A stretch of DNA of 64,000 bases from an uncultured Planctomycetota bacterium (GCA_963845755.1 CAWJTV010000039.1:128001-192000), one strand, 5' to 3'. Shown: positions 1 through 10,510, counted from the stretch's first letter. The notes: a model not told the origin generated them from the sequence alone. Numbers and translations: made by a program.

Positions 1-705
1 GAGTATGCCCTGCAATCCATCCGCGAAATCGTGGAAGACCTGGGCGAACAGCAGGCCGGCGCGGCACACGACAGCCCGGAGGGGGAATCGGCGCGGCCGG
101 TCACCGAGCCCCCGGTCCGGGTCTTCGGCTGCCCGGCGCACGACGCCGAGGATCAGTTGGCGCTGGAGATGCTCCAGCAACTGCTCGATCCGGCACGATG
201 GCATCTCGATCTGATCCCCACGGGAACCCTGACCGGCGAGCTCCTCGACCAGGTGGCGGATCGAAAGCCGGTCGCCGTCTGCATCGCGGCGACCCCGCCC
301 GGCGGCCTGGCCCACACCCGATATCTTTGCAAGCGCCTGCGGTCCCAGTTCCCGGACCTGCGCATCGTCGTGGGCCGTTGGGGAGTCAGGAGTCCTGGCA
401 GCGCGCCCGACCTCCTCCAGAAGCCGGGAGCCGAGCCCGATGAAGCCACGCCCTCCAAGGGCGGCACCGCCGTCGTGACCGCGACCCTCCAGGCAGCCGG
501 CGCCGACTTCGTGGCGCCGACGCTGCTGGAGACCCGACAGCAACTCTGCACCCTGCTCCCGGTCCTCCTGGGAAACCAGCGCGATGCGGAGCCGGACGGC
601 GCCCACTCCGCGCGCGACGATGGCGCGTCCTACGTCGAAGCGGGGAGCACGCCGTCGCGGCGTCGTCAAGGAGACGGCGGCCGCAAGGCGGTCCCGAGCC
701 TCTAA
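1..705 (+). CDS. C-terminal part of a probable AI-2E family transporter (B12-binding-like Rossmann tail); 5' truncated by the window edge
   Basis: Frame open from base 1. GCPAHDAEDQLALEML...VCIAATPPGGLAHTRYLCKRLRSQFPDLRIVVGRWG resembles the C-terminal domain of planctomycete AI-2E proteins. Confidence 0.6.
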   Translation, partial: EYALQSIREIVEDLGEQQAGAAHDSPEGESARPVTEPPVRVFGCPAHDAEDQLALEMLQQLLDPARWHLDLIPTGTLTGELLDQVADRKPVAVCIAATPPGGLAHTRYLCKRLRSQFPDLRIVVGRWGVRSPGSAPDLLQKPGAEPDEATPSKGGTAVVTATLQAAGADFVAPTLLETRQQLCTLLPVLLGNQRDAEPDGAHSARDDGASYVEAGSTPSRRRQGDGGRKAVPSL

Positions 706-964
706 GTTGAGCGGCGGTTCCGAACGGCGGTCGTTGGCCCCAGGGCAAGGGATTTCTCTCGGCGACCACGGGCATGAGCCCATGGGTTAGCCGGCGAAAG
801 AATGGGCCGATCGGCGGGCCAATCAAGCCGCGTCGGAAGGTGGCTGAATCTTGCGAAGAATTATCGGGCGCGATACGCTTGATGAACTGACGTCAGTCGC
901 CGAGGGCTCACGGCACGAAACAAAGATGACCTCAGGTGAGTTCGTTGTTATTGAAACCTAGGTT

Positions 965-1450
965 ATGATAAGTGAACTCAGAGAAGTGACTGGATTTCGG
1001 GGAGAGAAAATTCTTGAACTATCTCTGACCGATTATCAGGCTTTTCCAAAGCCGCTCTTCAAACCGGGATTTCTCGGAGATAAATGGCCCGCGATTGATT
1101 ATTACGTCGAACTGACATCCGTGCGAGGGAAGCGGCTCTACTTCTTCGCCCAGGCCAAAGCGACGCGAACGTCCTTGGTTCCATCGCAGACTGATCTGAC
1201 TATCTCAACCAAGAAGAAAGACATCGAACGACTCCTTCAGATTCCAGGCCCTACTTATATCTTTGGGATCCACGAACCATCGAAACGAGTCTTTGTGCGT
1301 TCGGTACATGCAGGCGTCCCGGTAAAAGCTATTACTCGCATACCTTTTATTTATGAACTTACTAGCAATAACCTGCGTATTTTGTACGACGAAGTCCGCG
1401 GTTATTGGGCGAACAACAGCCATAAACCTGAGTCGTCGAATTTCGCATGA
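965..1450 (+). CDS. PD-(D/E)XK-fold nuclease-like protein (DUF4365-like)
   Basis: GFRGE helix, IDYYVE and FFAQAKAT (QxK) motifs; AT-richer than the flanks. Confidence 0.65.
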   Translation: MISELREVTGFRGEKILELSLTDYQAFPKPLFKPGFLGDKWPAIDYYVELTSVRGKRLYFFAQAKATRTSLVPSQTDLTISTKKKDIERLLQIPGPTYIFGIHEPSKRVFVRSVHAGVPVKAITRIPFIYELTSNNLRILYDEVRGYWANNSHKPESSNFA

Positions 1451-1869
1451 ATCAGACCCGCTCCAAGAACGAGATCGTCGGTCGCAGGGCCGAACTACTC
1501 GCTGAGCTCTTTCTTCAAGAGCTTGAACCCGAGTTCGTCGCCAGGCCATCGGCCGATTTCGAGTACGACTTCCTGGTGGGATTCCGAAATCCCAGAGGCG
1601 GTATCAACAATATCGCGATCGAGGTCAAGTCGACCGAGCAACTAGCCAGGAAACAATACTCGGTTTCGAGGCGAAAATATGTTCGATGGGCATATTCGAA
1701 CATACCAATTTTACTATTGATTGTAGATGTTAAGGAAAATCGGTTCTATTATGCCTGGGCCTCACCGGAGGTCTCAAGCAATACGGGCGATTCCGAGACC
1801 CTTCGAGTCGAACTGACGGAGATCACGGACTCAACGAAGGCGGACCTCCTGAAGAAACTTCGAAGCTGA
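1447..1869 (+). CDS. PD-(D/E)XK-fold nuclease (DUF4365-like)
   Basis: GRRAE, YDFLV and IAIEVKST motifs; ATGA overlap with the upstream gene. Confidence 0.7.
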   Translation: MNQTRSKNEIVGRRAELLAELFLQELEPEFVARPSADFEYDFLVGFRNPRGGINNIAIEVKSTEQLARKQYSVSRRKYVRWAYSNIPILLLIVDVKENRFYYAWASPEVSSNTGDSETLRVELTEITDSTKADLLKKLRS

Positions 1870-2028
1870 AGGTTTGTTGCACCTCACTGTCGTTGAGCCG
1901 ACCGTCGCCGGTCCGAGGTCTTGCGTCCGCTCGACGCCACGGTTACGCTCCGCCGTCGGCCGATCTCGATCGAGCGCGGTCACGATGCGTTGCGCCACTC
2001 CTCCCGCCACCTGAGGCGCACTCCGCGC

Positions 2029-3473
2029 TCACCGCCCCGCACCGCCCGGCCCGACGGGGACCGGTGGCGGCATTCCCCCGCGTTCGGCCAGTTTCCTCGA
2101 CAGCAGCAAGAACACTCGCCGGCCCACCGCCTCGGCCCAGACGACGCAGCCCTGTGGCGAGAAATGGCCGTCGCCGATCTTCCCCATGAACAGCGGGTCG
2201 CCGGACGGCGGCTCTCCGCGCCGGAGTCCCTCGACCTCGATCGCCAGCAGGGCATTGGCGAACTCATTCATCGGATCGAGATAAAGGAACGCCGCGGTTT
2301 CCAGGATGTTGGAGACGCGGCCCGGGTAATAGCCGGCCATCTGGGGGCCGCTCAACTGGTTGACCCAGGGCGCCGGGACGAACAAGCAGGTGAGCCCGCG
2401 CGGAGCAGAAATCGCGGATCCGGCCCAGCCAGTATTTGCCCTCGTCCCAGTCGCCGCCCCGGCCTTCGAGGACGTCGTTGACCTCGCCGGCAAAATCGTT
2501 GGCGAAGATGCTGACCACGACGAACTGCGGCGGGAATCGCCCGGCATACTCGACGAGCGAAAAATAGTACTGCTCGACGGAATAACCGAGGTGTCCCGTA
2601 TTGAGCAGCTCGACGGGGGCGCCGAGGCGTTTGCTGAGGTCGCGTTTCAGGCATTCGACCGGCGTCTGGTCATCGCCGACGAACAGGCCCTGCATGTAAG
2701 AGTCGCCCAGGACGATGCCGCGAAACGGGGCGTTGGTGTCGGGCTCCGGCCCGCGCAGGCCCCACGAGTTGGTGAGTTGGGACGAGCCCTCGACGATCGT
2801 CGCACCGGTCCCCTTGACGATCGCGGCGGCTTCGGGGGTATCGGGGATCTGGAAATAGGCCTTCACATTCCCGCGCCGGGAAGTTCCGGACCCAGATCGA
2901 GCGGACCCGCGGCCGGAATCGATACGAGCGGCCGGAGTCATCGGCTTCGAAGACCGTCGCGGGCAGCATCACGGTCCGATCGAAGTTCCCCCAGCGGAGC
3001 AGGACGTGGTCGGGGTCCATCCCGGCGAATCGGAGGAGCCGCTGCCGGGCCTCGTTGTACTCGGCGAAGGTCAACGCGAGCTTGGAGCGGGCGCTGGCCA
3101 TGTCGAATTCCCGCTTCCGCCGCCAGTCGGCGTCGATCTCGGCGCGATCCGGCTGGAGCCCGACGGTGCTCATGGCCAGCCATCGCCCGCGCACGGTCAA
3201 CCATTCGGCCAGGTATCGGCCCGCCGGGAGGACCGACAGCAGGATGGCGACCGTGCCGAGCGTCAGCGCGGCCGTCGCGATCTTGAAGATCCGCTGGAGG
3301 CGCCGACTCCGCTCCACGAACGCGAAGACGCGCTGCCGGGCCGGCCGCGGCCGGACGAGCTGCCGGAAGGCCCGTTCCCAGCCCGAGCGCCGGCGCACCG
3401 TCGGAGTCGTCAACCACAATGGGAGTGTGTCGCTGCCCTTGCTCACCGGGATCGATCCCCCTTTCTCGCCCAC
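2029..3473 (-). CDS. SGNH/GDSL hydrolase-family protein, paralog 3 (split by frameshifts near 2875 and 2400)
   Basis: Three ORF pieces together align with the two neighbouring paralogs: TM segment, LRWGN, TNSWGLRG, GDSYMQG, NDF, GDGHFS. Confidence 0.75.
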
Positions 3474-4882
3474 GACTCATGGCCCTTGATCGGCTTCGGC
3501 TTCCGCCGCGAGGTCCGGTCTTTTTTCAGCAGGAGCACCAGGCGACGTCCCACCGCGCTGGCCCAGACCTGTGAGCCCAGCGCCGAGAAGTGGCCATCGC
3601 CGATCTGGCTATTGAACAGCGACCGCGCCGGTGCGGCGTCGCCATCCTGCTCGCGTTCGACGGCCAGCTCCAGGTGTGCGTTGATGAAGTCCTCGGCCGG
3701 GTTGAGGAACATCAGGCTACTGACCTCGAGGATATTGGTGAGGGTCCCCGGGTAGTAGCCGGCCTTGCGTTGACTGAAGAGGTTCGGGGCATACGGGACC
3801 GGCACGATCAGGTGCGGCCATTGCCGCGACCGGCAGAGTTGCGTGATCCGATCTAGCCAGTATTTCCCTTCCTCCCAGTCGCCCTGGCCCTTGGTGGGCA
3901 CCTCGACGTCCTCGCCGAAGTCATTGGTGAAGACGCTCACGACCACGGCATGGGGGCGGAAGCGATCGGCGAAGGCCCGCAAGGAATAGTAATACTGTTC
4001 GGGCGAATGACCCAGCACCCCGGTATTCAGCACCGAGACCTTGGTCCGGAGGTGCTCCTCGAGATAGCGACGCAGGCACTCGGGGGGCGTCTCGTCATCG
4101 CCGATGAACAGGCCCTGCATGAAGGAATCGCCCAGGACGATCACCCGGAGTGGGGCTCGCTGATCGGGTTCGGGCCCGCGCAGGCCCCACGAGTTGGTGG
4201 TCTGCCGCGAGGATTCCACCGGGATCGCGGGCGTCCCACGAAGGGCTTCGGCCAGTCTGGGCCCATCAGGGACCAGGAAGAACATGGGAATGCTGCTCTT
4301 GGGTGAGACGTTCCGCAGCCAGATCGAATGCAAGTTCGGCCGGAGCCGGTAAGAACGGCCCGTCTCGTCGGCTTCGATGACCTTCGAGGGCAGCAGCAGC
4401 GTCCGGTTGTAATTCCCCCAGCGCAGCAGGCCGCACTCGGGGTCGAGCCCGGCATATCGCATCAGGCACTGGGTCTCGGGGCTCGCTTCGTCGAAGATGT
4501 CGTCGAGCCGCGCGCTCGCGTCGGCGATCCCCTGGCGGCGGTACCGCCGCCAGGAGTCGTCGATTTCCTCGCGGGGCGTGGGGAGGCCGACCGCATATCG
4601 CCCCGCCCGCCGCGCCCGCGACGACAGCGCGGCCCGGAGATAACGGCCCCGCGGCATGGCACCCAGCACGGCGACGACCAGGCAGGTCGCTATCAGGATC
4701 AGTCCCTTGAACCAACGTTCGTGACGGCGGGACCGCCGGACGAATTCGAAAACCTGTTGGCGCCCGGGACGCGCCGATCGAGTGCGAGTACGAATCTCAT
4801 GGATACCTCTCATCTGGAGGCAGTCGAGGTTTTCTCCGTAGGATCCCCGCCGTGCGCGCATCCGAGGAAAACTCCGATTCAA
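3443..4882 (-). CDS. SGNH/GDSL hydrolase-family protein, paralog 2 (start uncertain)
   Basis: N-terminal TM; GDSFMQG, NTGVLG, TNDF and DGHFS blocks. Confidence 0.8.
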   Translation of the reverse strand: MNRSFPRMRARRGSYGENLDCLQMRGIHEIRTRTRSARPGRQQVFEFVRRSRRHERWFKGLILIATCLVVAVLGAMPRGRYLRAALSSRARRAGRYAVGLPTPREEIDDSWRRYRRQGIADASARLDDIFDEASPETQCLMRYAGLDPECGLLRWGNYNRTLLLPSKVIEADETGRSYRLRPNLHSIWLRNVSPKSSIPMFFLVPDGPRLAEALRGTPAIPVESSRQTTNSWGLRGPEPDQRAPLRVIVLGDSFMQGLFIGDDETPPECLRRYLEEHLRTKVSVLNTGVLGHSPEQYYYSLRAFADRFRPHAVVVSVFTNDFGEDVEVPTKGQGDWEEGKYWLDRITQLCRSRQWPHLIVPVPYAPNLFSQRKAGYYPGTLTNILEVSSLMFLNPAEDFINAHLELAVEREQDGDAAPARSLFNSQIGDGHFSALGSQVWASAVGRRLVLLLKKDRTSRRKPKPIKGHESWARKGDRSR

Positions 4883-4993
4883 GATTCAAACGGAGGAAAA
4901 ATCGTTGAGTTCAGCGGGTTCCACGTTACCACGAGGGAGCGTGGTAACGAGATCACCCGACGTCGTTGCGACAGTCTCGATCATTCCGGTTTT

Positions 4994-5182
4994 TCGCATC
5001 TCGCATCTCGCGTCTTGAATCTCGAATCTCGAATCTCGAATCTCGAATCTCGAATCTCGAATCTCGAATCTCGAATCTCGAATCTCGAATCCCGAATCCC
5101 GAATCCCGAATCCCGAATCCCGAATCCCGAATCCCGAATCCCGAATCCCGAATCTCGAATCTCGAATCTCGAATCTCGAATT
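4994..5182. repeat. Tandem heptamer array, 27 units of (T/C)CGAATC
   Basis: 4 degenerate units, 10x TCGAATC, 9x CCGAATC, 3x TCGAATC, then TCGAATT. Confidence 0.95.
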
Positions 5183-5217
5183 CCCCCTGGGTTCCAGCCG
5201 AAGGCCCCATCCGGAAC

Positions 5218-6660
5218 TCAAGGACTGGAGGCCTTCACCCGCTCGCGCGCCAGCCGGTCCTTCTCCAGCAGGAGGACGAGCCGGCGGCCGACGGCGGCGG
5301 CCCAGGTCTCCGCGCCGATCGCCGAGAAGTGGCCATCGCCGATCTGGACGTTGAACAGGGGGCAGCCCATGGGCCGTTGTCCCTTTCGCTCGCCCTCGAC
5401 CACCAGGGCCAGGTAGGCATTGATGAAGTCGTCGGTCGGGTCGACGAACAGCGTGCTGTTGACTTCCAGGATATTGGAAAGGGTCCCCGGGTAATAGCCG
5501 GCTCTGCGGTTGCCGAGCATGTGCGGTTCGAACGGGACCGGGACGACCAGGTGCGGCCATTCCCGCGACCGGCAGAACGCCGCGATCTGGTCCAGCCAGT
5601 ACTTCCCTTCCGCCCAGTCGCCGCGGCCCTTGGTCGCGACTTCGAAAATATCCCCGAAGTCGTTCGTGAAGACGCTCACGACCACGAAGTGGGGCCGGAA
5701 CCGGTCCACGAACGCCAGCAGAGAATGATAGTATTGCTCGGGGGAATAACCCAGGACGCCGGTATTCAGGATCGAGACCTTCGTCTTCAGATGCATCTGG
5801 AGATAGCGTCTGAGGCATTCCGGGGGCGTCTCGTCGTCGCCGATGAACATCCCCTCCATGTAGGAGTCGCCCAGGACGATGCCGCGCAGGGGTGCTTCGG
5901 GTTCGGGCTCGGGCCCGCGCAGGCCCCACGAGTTCGTCGATTGCCGCGAGGTCTCCACCGGGATCGCCCGGGTGCCCGGGATGGCCTCGGCCAGCCGCGG
6001 CCCGTCGGGGACCAGGAAGAACATCAGGATGCCGCTCTTCAGGGTCACGTTCCGGAGCCAGATCGAGCGCGTGTTCGGCCGGAGCCGGTACGAGCGGCCC
6101 GAGTCGTCGGCCTCGAAGATCGTCGAGGGCAGCAGGAGGGTGGCGTCATAGTTACCCCAGCGCAGCAGGCCGGCTTCGGGATCGAGTCCCGCGTAGCGCA
6201 TCAAACGCTGCATGGCGGGCTCGGCCTCCGCAAAGATGCCCGTGAGGCCCTTGCGCGCATCGGCAATCCCCTGGAGTCGATCCCGCCGCCATCGGTCGTC
6301 GATCTCGGAGCGGGGCGTCGGCAGGCCGATCGCGGATCGCGCCGCGGTTCGGACCCGACCCGCCGTCGAGGCCACGAGATAACGGCCCCGCGGCGACCGG
6401 CCCAGGATCAGCAGGACCGTCAAGCCAGTCGTGACCAGGATCAGGCCCTTGAACCACCGCTGACGCCGTCGCGCGCGACTGACGAAGTCGAAGACACGCT
6501 GTCGCGGCAGCGGGGCGCGTTTCCATCGGACAAAAGTTCGCATGAAGGCATCGGCTGCTGAGGATTCGTTCGAGGCGTACCGCCACCTGCGGCGATCGCC
6601 ATGCCCTCCGGTGGGTGCGTCATTCGGCGCGGCGCGATCGATCGCGTGATTCGGGATCAC
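5218..6660 (-). CDS. SGNH/GDSL hydrolase-family protein, paralog 1 (true start may be 6543)
   Basis: GDSYMEG, NTGVLG, TNDF and DGHFS blocks; N-terminal TM; clearly homologous to 3443-4882. Confidence 0.8.
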   Translation of the reverse strand: MIPNHAIDRAAPNDAPTGGHGDRRRWRYASNESSAADAFMRTFVRWKRAPLPRQRVFDFVSRARRRQRWFKGLILVTTGLTVLLILGRSPRGRYLVASTAGRVRTAARSAIGLPTPRSEIDDRWRRDRLQGIADARKGLTGIFAEAEPAMQRLMRYAGLDPEAGLLRWGNYDATLLLPSTIFEADDSGRSYRLRPNTRSIWLRNVTLKSGILMFFLVPDGPRLAEAIPGTRAIPVETSRQSTNSWGLRGPEPEPEAPLRGIVLGDSYMEGMFIGDDETPPECLRRYLQMHLKTKVSILNTGVLGYSPEQYYHSLLAFVDRFRPHFVVVSVFTNDFGDIFEVATKGRGDWAEGKYWLDQIAAFCRSREWPHLVVPVPFEPHMLGNRRAGYYPGTLSNILEVNSTLFVDPTDDFINAYLALVVEGERKGQRPMGCPLFNVQIGDGHFSAIGAETWAAAVGRRLVLLLEKDRLARERVKASSP

Positions 6661-7390
6661 CGTCGGGATCGGGGCGTCGCCACCAGGCTGGGCCCATCCA
6701 TCCTACGCCCTTTCCGGCCAGCTTTCGACCCGAGACCCTCGGCGCGGCGAAGACCACAACTCGGGGATGCCCGGCGGGATGCGAAGACTCCCGCTTCCGG
6801 GCGGTTCCCGCAGGACGCGAGAAGTCGCGTCGTCACTCCACACCCTGAGCCGAGCAACCAATCGTTCGACGCGATGGCCCACGCCCGGCCGGGCGGAGAG
6901 GCACGGAGGAAACGGACGTCGGCTTCGCGTGAATCCTTGATGCGAACCCAGGGACAGCCGGCCGGGTTGACTCGGCCCGCGCTTTACCATCCAAATCGGT
7001 CGAAAATCCGATGAATCCTAACTAGACTCAATCGAGTGACGATGGACTGTTGTAATGCAAAAAAGGAGGCGAACTGCCTTTAGTTTGACAAGGGTCAGGG
7101 GTCAGGACGACCTTTCATCAATTCTCTAGGGACGGGCTCAGGTCGTAATTAAACTTCACCAAGAGAGCATATCAATGGATTGCGAAGAGATCTGCTTGAT
7201 AACCGTCGGCGACGGTGATAGGCTCCCGGGAAGCGAGTCGGGACGTGTCCTGTAGAGGCACGGACCTTCCATCCGTGATGGATGGGTTCGCGTTGGCTGG
7301 ATTGTAGGCACGGGAACGTGCGACGAAATCAATCCTGAACTCCCGGATCGCTGTGCGGATCCAACCCATCCTACGGGAGAGCATGAAACC

Positions 7391-8296
7391 ATGCCGGGAT
7401 CCCCCATGGTGAGCATTGTCATCGTCAACTGGAATCGCCTCGAGGATGTGCTGAAGACGCTTCATTATCTGGATTGCCAGCGCGGGGTGTGTTACGAGGT
7501 CATCGTGGTGGATAACGGTTCGACGGACGAGTCCACCGAGCGGTTATCGCACATCCCTTCGATCCGGTTCGTGCCCCTGGACTCGAACGAGGGCCCGGCC
7601 AAGGCGAGGAATGTCGGGCTCGAGTACGCGTCGGGAAAATACATCCTGTTCCTCGACAGCGACGCGGTGATCTCGAAGGTGGGGCTGGCCAGGCTGGTGG
7701 CACGCCTGGAGCGCGATCCGACGATCGGCATCGCGGGCTGCCGGATCATCAACAGCTACACGCGCAAGCTGGACCAGTGGTTGTACCAGCACCCGGCCGC
7801 GACCCACCAGCGGACCGAGTTCGAGACCTACGCGTTCTCGGCCGCGGGCGCCGTCATCCGCGCCGACGCGATCCGGGCCGCCGGCTCCTTCTGGGACGAC
7901 CTGTTCATCTACAACGAGGAGATCGACCTCTCGATCCGCGTCCTCCGGTCCGGCTATCGGATCATCTACTACCCCGGGGCGCGCGTCTTCCACGCCAACT
8001 CGGACCGCGGCCGCGAAGGCCCCGCCCTCTACTGGTACCAGCAGATCCGCAACTGGATCTGGATCTATTACCGCTATTATGATTCCTTGTCTTGTTTCAA
8101 GAAAATCTCGATGTATATCGTCGCTTACGTGATAAAATGTATCTATAACGGCCATCTCCGGGCGTGCCTCTCGGGGATCCGGGACGGCCTGGCGCGGACG
8201 GGGATCCGCCGGGAGTATCCGGACAAGCTCACGGGCGACGAGATGCGTCGCATCGAGGCGCTGGGGCGTCGGCGATTCCGGCTCGGTCGAGGCTGA
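7391..8296 (+). CDS. Glycosyltransferase family 2
   Basis: VSIVIVNWN, VVDNGSTD, ARNVG, FLDSD (DxD) and EEIDL motifs. Confidence 0.9.
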   Translation: MPGSPMVSIVIVNWNRLEDVLKTLHYLDCQRGVCYEVIVVDNGSTDESTERLSHIPSIRFVPLDSNEGPAKARNVGLEYASGKYILFLDSDAVISKVGLARLVARLERDPTIGIAGCRIINSYTRKLDQWLYQHPAATHQRTEFETYAFSAAGAVIRADAIRAAGSFWDDLFIYNEEIDLSIRVLRSGYRIIYYPGARVFHANSDRGREGPALYWYQQIRNWIWIYYRYYDSLSCFKKISMYIVAYVIKCIYNGHLRACLSGIRDGLARTGIRREYPDKLTGDEMRRIEALGRRRFRLGRG

Positions 8297-8394
8297 GGCG
8301 GGGCCCGGTGGGGTGGCCGCCACCGGGCCGGCGCCGCTATGATGGGCGGTAACCGAACCACCGACCCAACCCCGGCGTGAGGTGCTCCAGCCCG

Positions 8395-9918
8395 ATGTTC
8401 GACGACCTGTTCGGCCGATTGCGGATCGGCGCGCTCAATCGCGGCGTGTCGCTCGACGATGCGCAGGGGCCGGGCCTTCCCGGCGGGCCGGTGATCGAGT
8501 CGACCAACCCGGCGACCGGCCGGCCGCTCTCCCCGGTGCAAGCCGCCTCGGTCGAGCAATACGACCGCATGGTGGACCGAGCATCTGAGCGGTTCCGGAC
8601 CTGGCGGTTGATCCCGCCGCCACGGCGGGGCGAGGTGGTCCGCCAGATCGGCTCGGCCCTCCGCGCCCACAAGGCCGATCTCGGCCTGCTAGTGACCCTC
8701 GAGACCGGCAAGATTCGCACCGAGGGCGAGGGCGAGGTCCAGGAAATGATCGACATGTGCGACTTCGCCGTCGGTCTCTCGCGTCAGCTCTACGGCCTGA
8801 CCATCGCCAGCGAACGCGCCGCGCATCGGATGATCGAGCAATGGCACCCGCTCGGCCCGGTGGGGATCATCACCGCGTTCAACTTCCCGGTCGCGGTCTG
8901 GGCGTGGAACGCCATGATCGCGGCGGTTTGCGGCGACACAATGATCTGGAAGCCATCGCCCCGGACGCCCCTGACGGCCGTCGCGGTCCAGCGGATCGTC
9001 AACGACGTCGCCCGCGAAAACGGCTGCGACGGCGTGTTCCAGCTCTGCGTCGGAGGGGCCGACGACATCGGCGAGCGGATGCTCCAGGATCCCCGCTTGC
9101 CCTTGATCTCGGCGACCGGCAGTTGCCGGCTGGGCCGGCGCGTGGCTGAAGTGGTGGGCCGCCGCCTCGGCCGGACGATCCTCGAGCTGGGCGGCAACAA
9201 TGCGATCCTCATCGCGCCCTCGGCCGACCTGGAGCTGGCGATCCGGGCCACGGTCTTCGCCGCGGTCGGCACCGCCGGCCAGCGATGCACGACCGCCCGC
9301 CGGCTCCTGGTCCACGAATCGATCCACGACCGAGTCCTCGACCGCCTGGTGGCGATCTACCGGCGCATCCGCATCGGCGACCCGTGGGACGACTCGGTCC
9401 TGATGGGGCCGCTGATCAGCGAAGGCGCCGTGGAGTCGATGACGGCGGCGCTCGAGGCCGCGCGACAGCAAGGTGGTGAGGTCGTTCAGGGTGGGAATCG
9501 CATCGACCGGCCGGGCTACTTCGTCGAGCCGGCGCTGGTCAAGGCTCGAGCGGCGATGCCGATCGTCGGCGAGGAAACGTTCGCTCCGATCCTCTACGTC
9601 ATGAGCTATCGCACGATCGACGAGGCCATCGCCATGCAGAACGCGGTCGAGCAGGGCCTGACGTCGGCGATCTTCACCAACGACCTCCGCGAGGCCGAAC
9701 AGTTCCTCTCGCCGGAGGGTTCCGACTGCGGGATCGCCAACGTCAACATCGGCACCTCGGGCGCCGAGATCGGCGGCGCCTTCGGCGGCGAGAAGGCCAC
9801 AGGCGGCGGCCGCGAGGCCGGGTCGGACGCCTGGAAGGCGTACATGCGCCGCCAGACCTGCACGATCAACTACGGCCGCGACCTGCCGCTGGCCCAGGCC
9901 GTGCGGTTCGAGGTTTAA
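8395..9918 (+). CDS. Aldehyde dehydrogenase, ALDH7/antiquitin-like (piperideine-6-carboxylate dehydrogenase type)
   Basis: AFNFPVAVWAWN, ELGGNNA, GTAGQRCTT, EETFAPILY and GAEIGGAFGGEK motifs. Confidence 0.9.
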   Translation: MFDDLFGRLRIGALNRGVSLDDAQGPGLPGGPVIESTNPATGRPLSPVQAASVEQYDRMVDRASERFRTWRLIPPPRRGEVVRQIGSALRAHKADLGLLVTLETGKIRTEGEGEVQEMIDMCDFAVGLSRQLYGLTIASERAAHRMIEQWHPLGPVGIITAFNFPVAVWAWNAMIAAVCGDTMIWKPSPRTPLTAVAVQRIVNDVARENGCDGVFQLCVGGADDIGERMLQDPRLPLISATGSCRLGRRVAEVVGRRLGRTILELGGNNAILIAPSADLELAIRATVFAAVGTAGQRCTTARRLLVHESIHDRVLDRLVAIYRRIRIGDPWDDSVLMGPLISEGAVESMTAALEAARQQGGEVVQGGNRIDRPGYFVEPALVKARAAMPIVGEETFAPILYVMSYRTIDEAIAMQNAVEQGLTSAIFTNDLREAEQFLSPEGSDCGIANVNIGTSGAEIGGAFGGEKATGGGREAGSDAWKAYMRRQTCTINYGRDLPLAQAVRFEV

Positions 9919-10165
9919 AGTCGATCCAACCGGTTGGGGGAGCGCGAAACCGAAGTCCGAAGCCGGCTGTGACGGCGCTGCCTCCAGATTCACCGTGGTT
10001 TCGAAGAGCATCGCCGCCCTGGGCTGAAGACCTGATACGGCCCGAAGCGCTCCTCGGCCGACCTTCGGAACCAACCCGGTCGCTGGAATCTCATCGACGT
10101 AATCGAACGTTACGTTTCCGGCTATATTGGCCGTGGGAACCGATCCCCTTTTCCAAGGGCAAGCC

Positions 10166-10510
10166 ATGACGACCGCAACGCAGCTCACGACCACCCTCCC
10201 ATCTGCCCAGGAGTGGAAAGACCTGCTCGAGGACCTCCTTCCGCCCCAGGGTGCGTGGAGCGAGAACAAGTATCGCGTTCTGACCGACCACCGCAACCGG
10301 CTGGTCGAGTTCACCGAGGCCGCCGGGACGACTGATCTCGAGAAGTGGCAGGGAACCTGGGTCGAGACTGCCTGCGAATGGAAAGAGGAGGGCGTGTTTC
10401 TTAACGATCAACGCCCGAGATGGACCAGGACCTTCGAAGGAAATCGGTCCTTCGTGAGACCGGATGCCCCGACCGGCGGCATCAAGGACCGACACCAGTT
10501 CGCCCTCTGA
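10166..10510 (+). pseudogene. Chimeric remnant: Uma2-nuclease N-terminus fused to a TIGR03067-like fragment
   Basis: LLPPQGAWSE...NRLVEFT (Uma2 start) is followed abruptly by DLEKWQGTWVETACE (TIGR03067-like); both parts are truncated. Confidence 0.5.

Noticed and set aside
4994..5182. Possible CRISPR array, or repeat proteins (SRISNLE / EIRDSRF ORFs)
   Set aside because: There are no unique spacers and no cas genes. The ORFs are simply translations of a stop-free heptamer.
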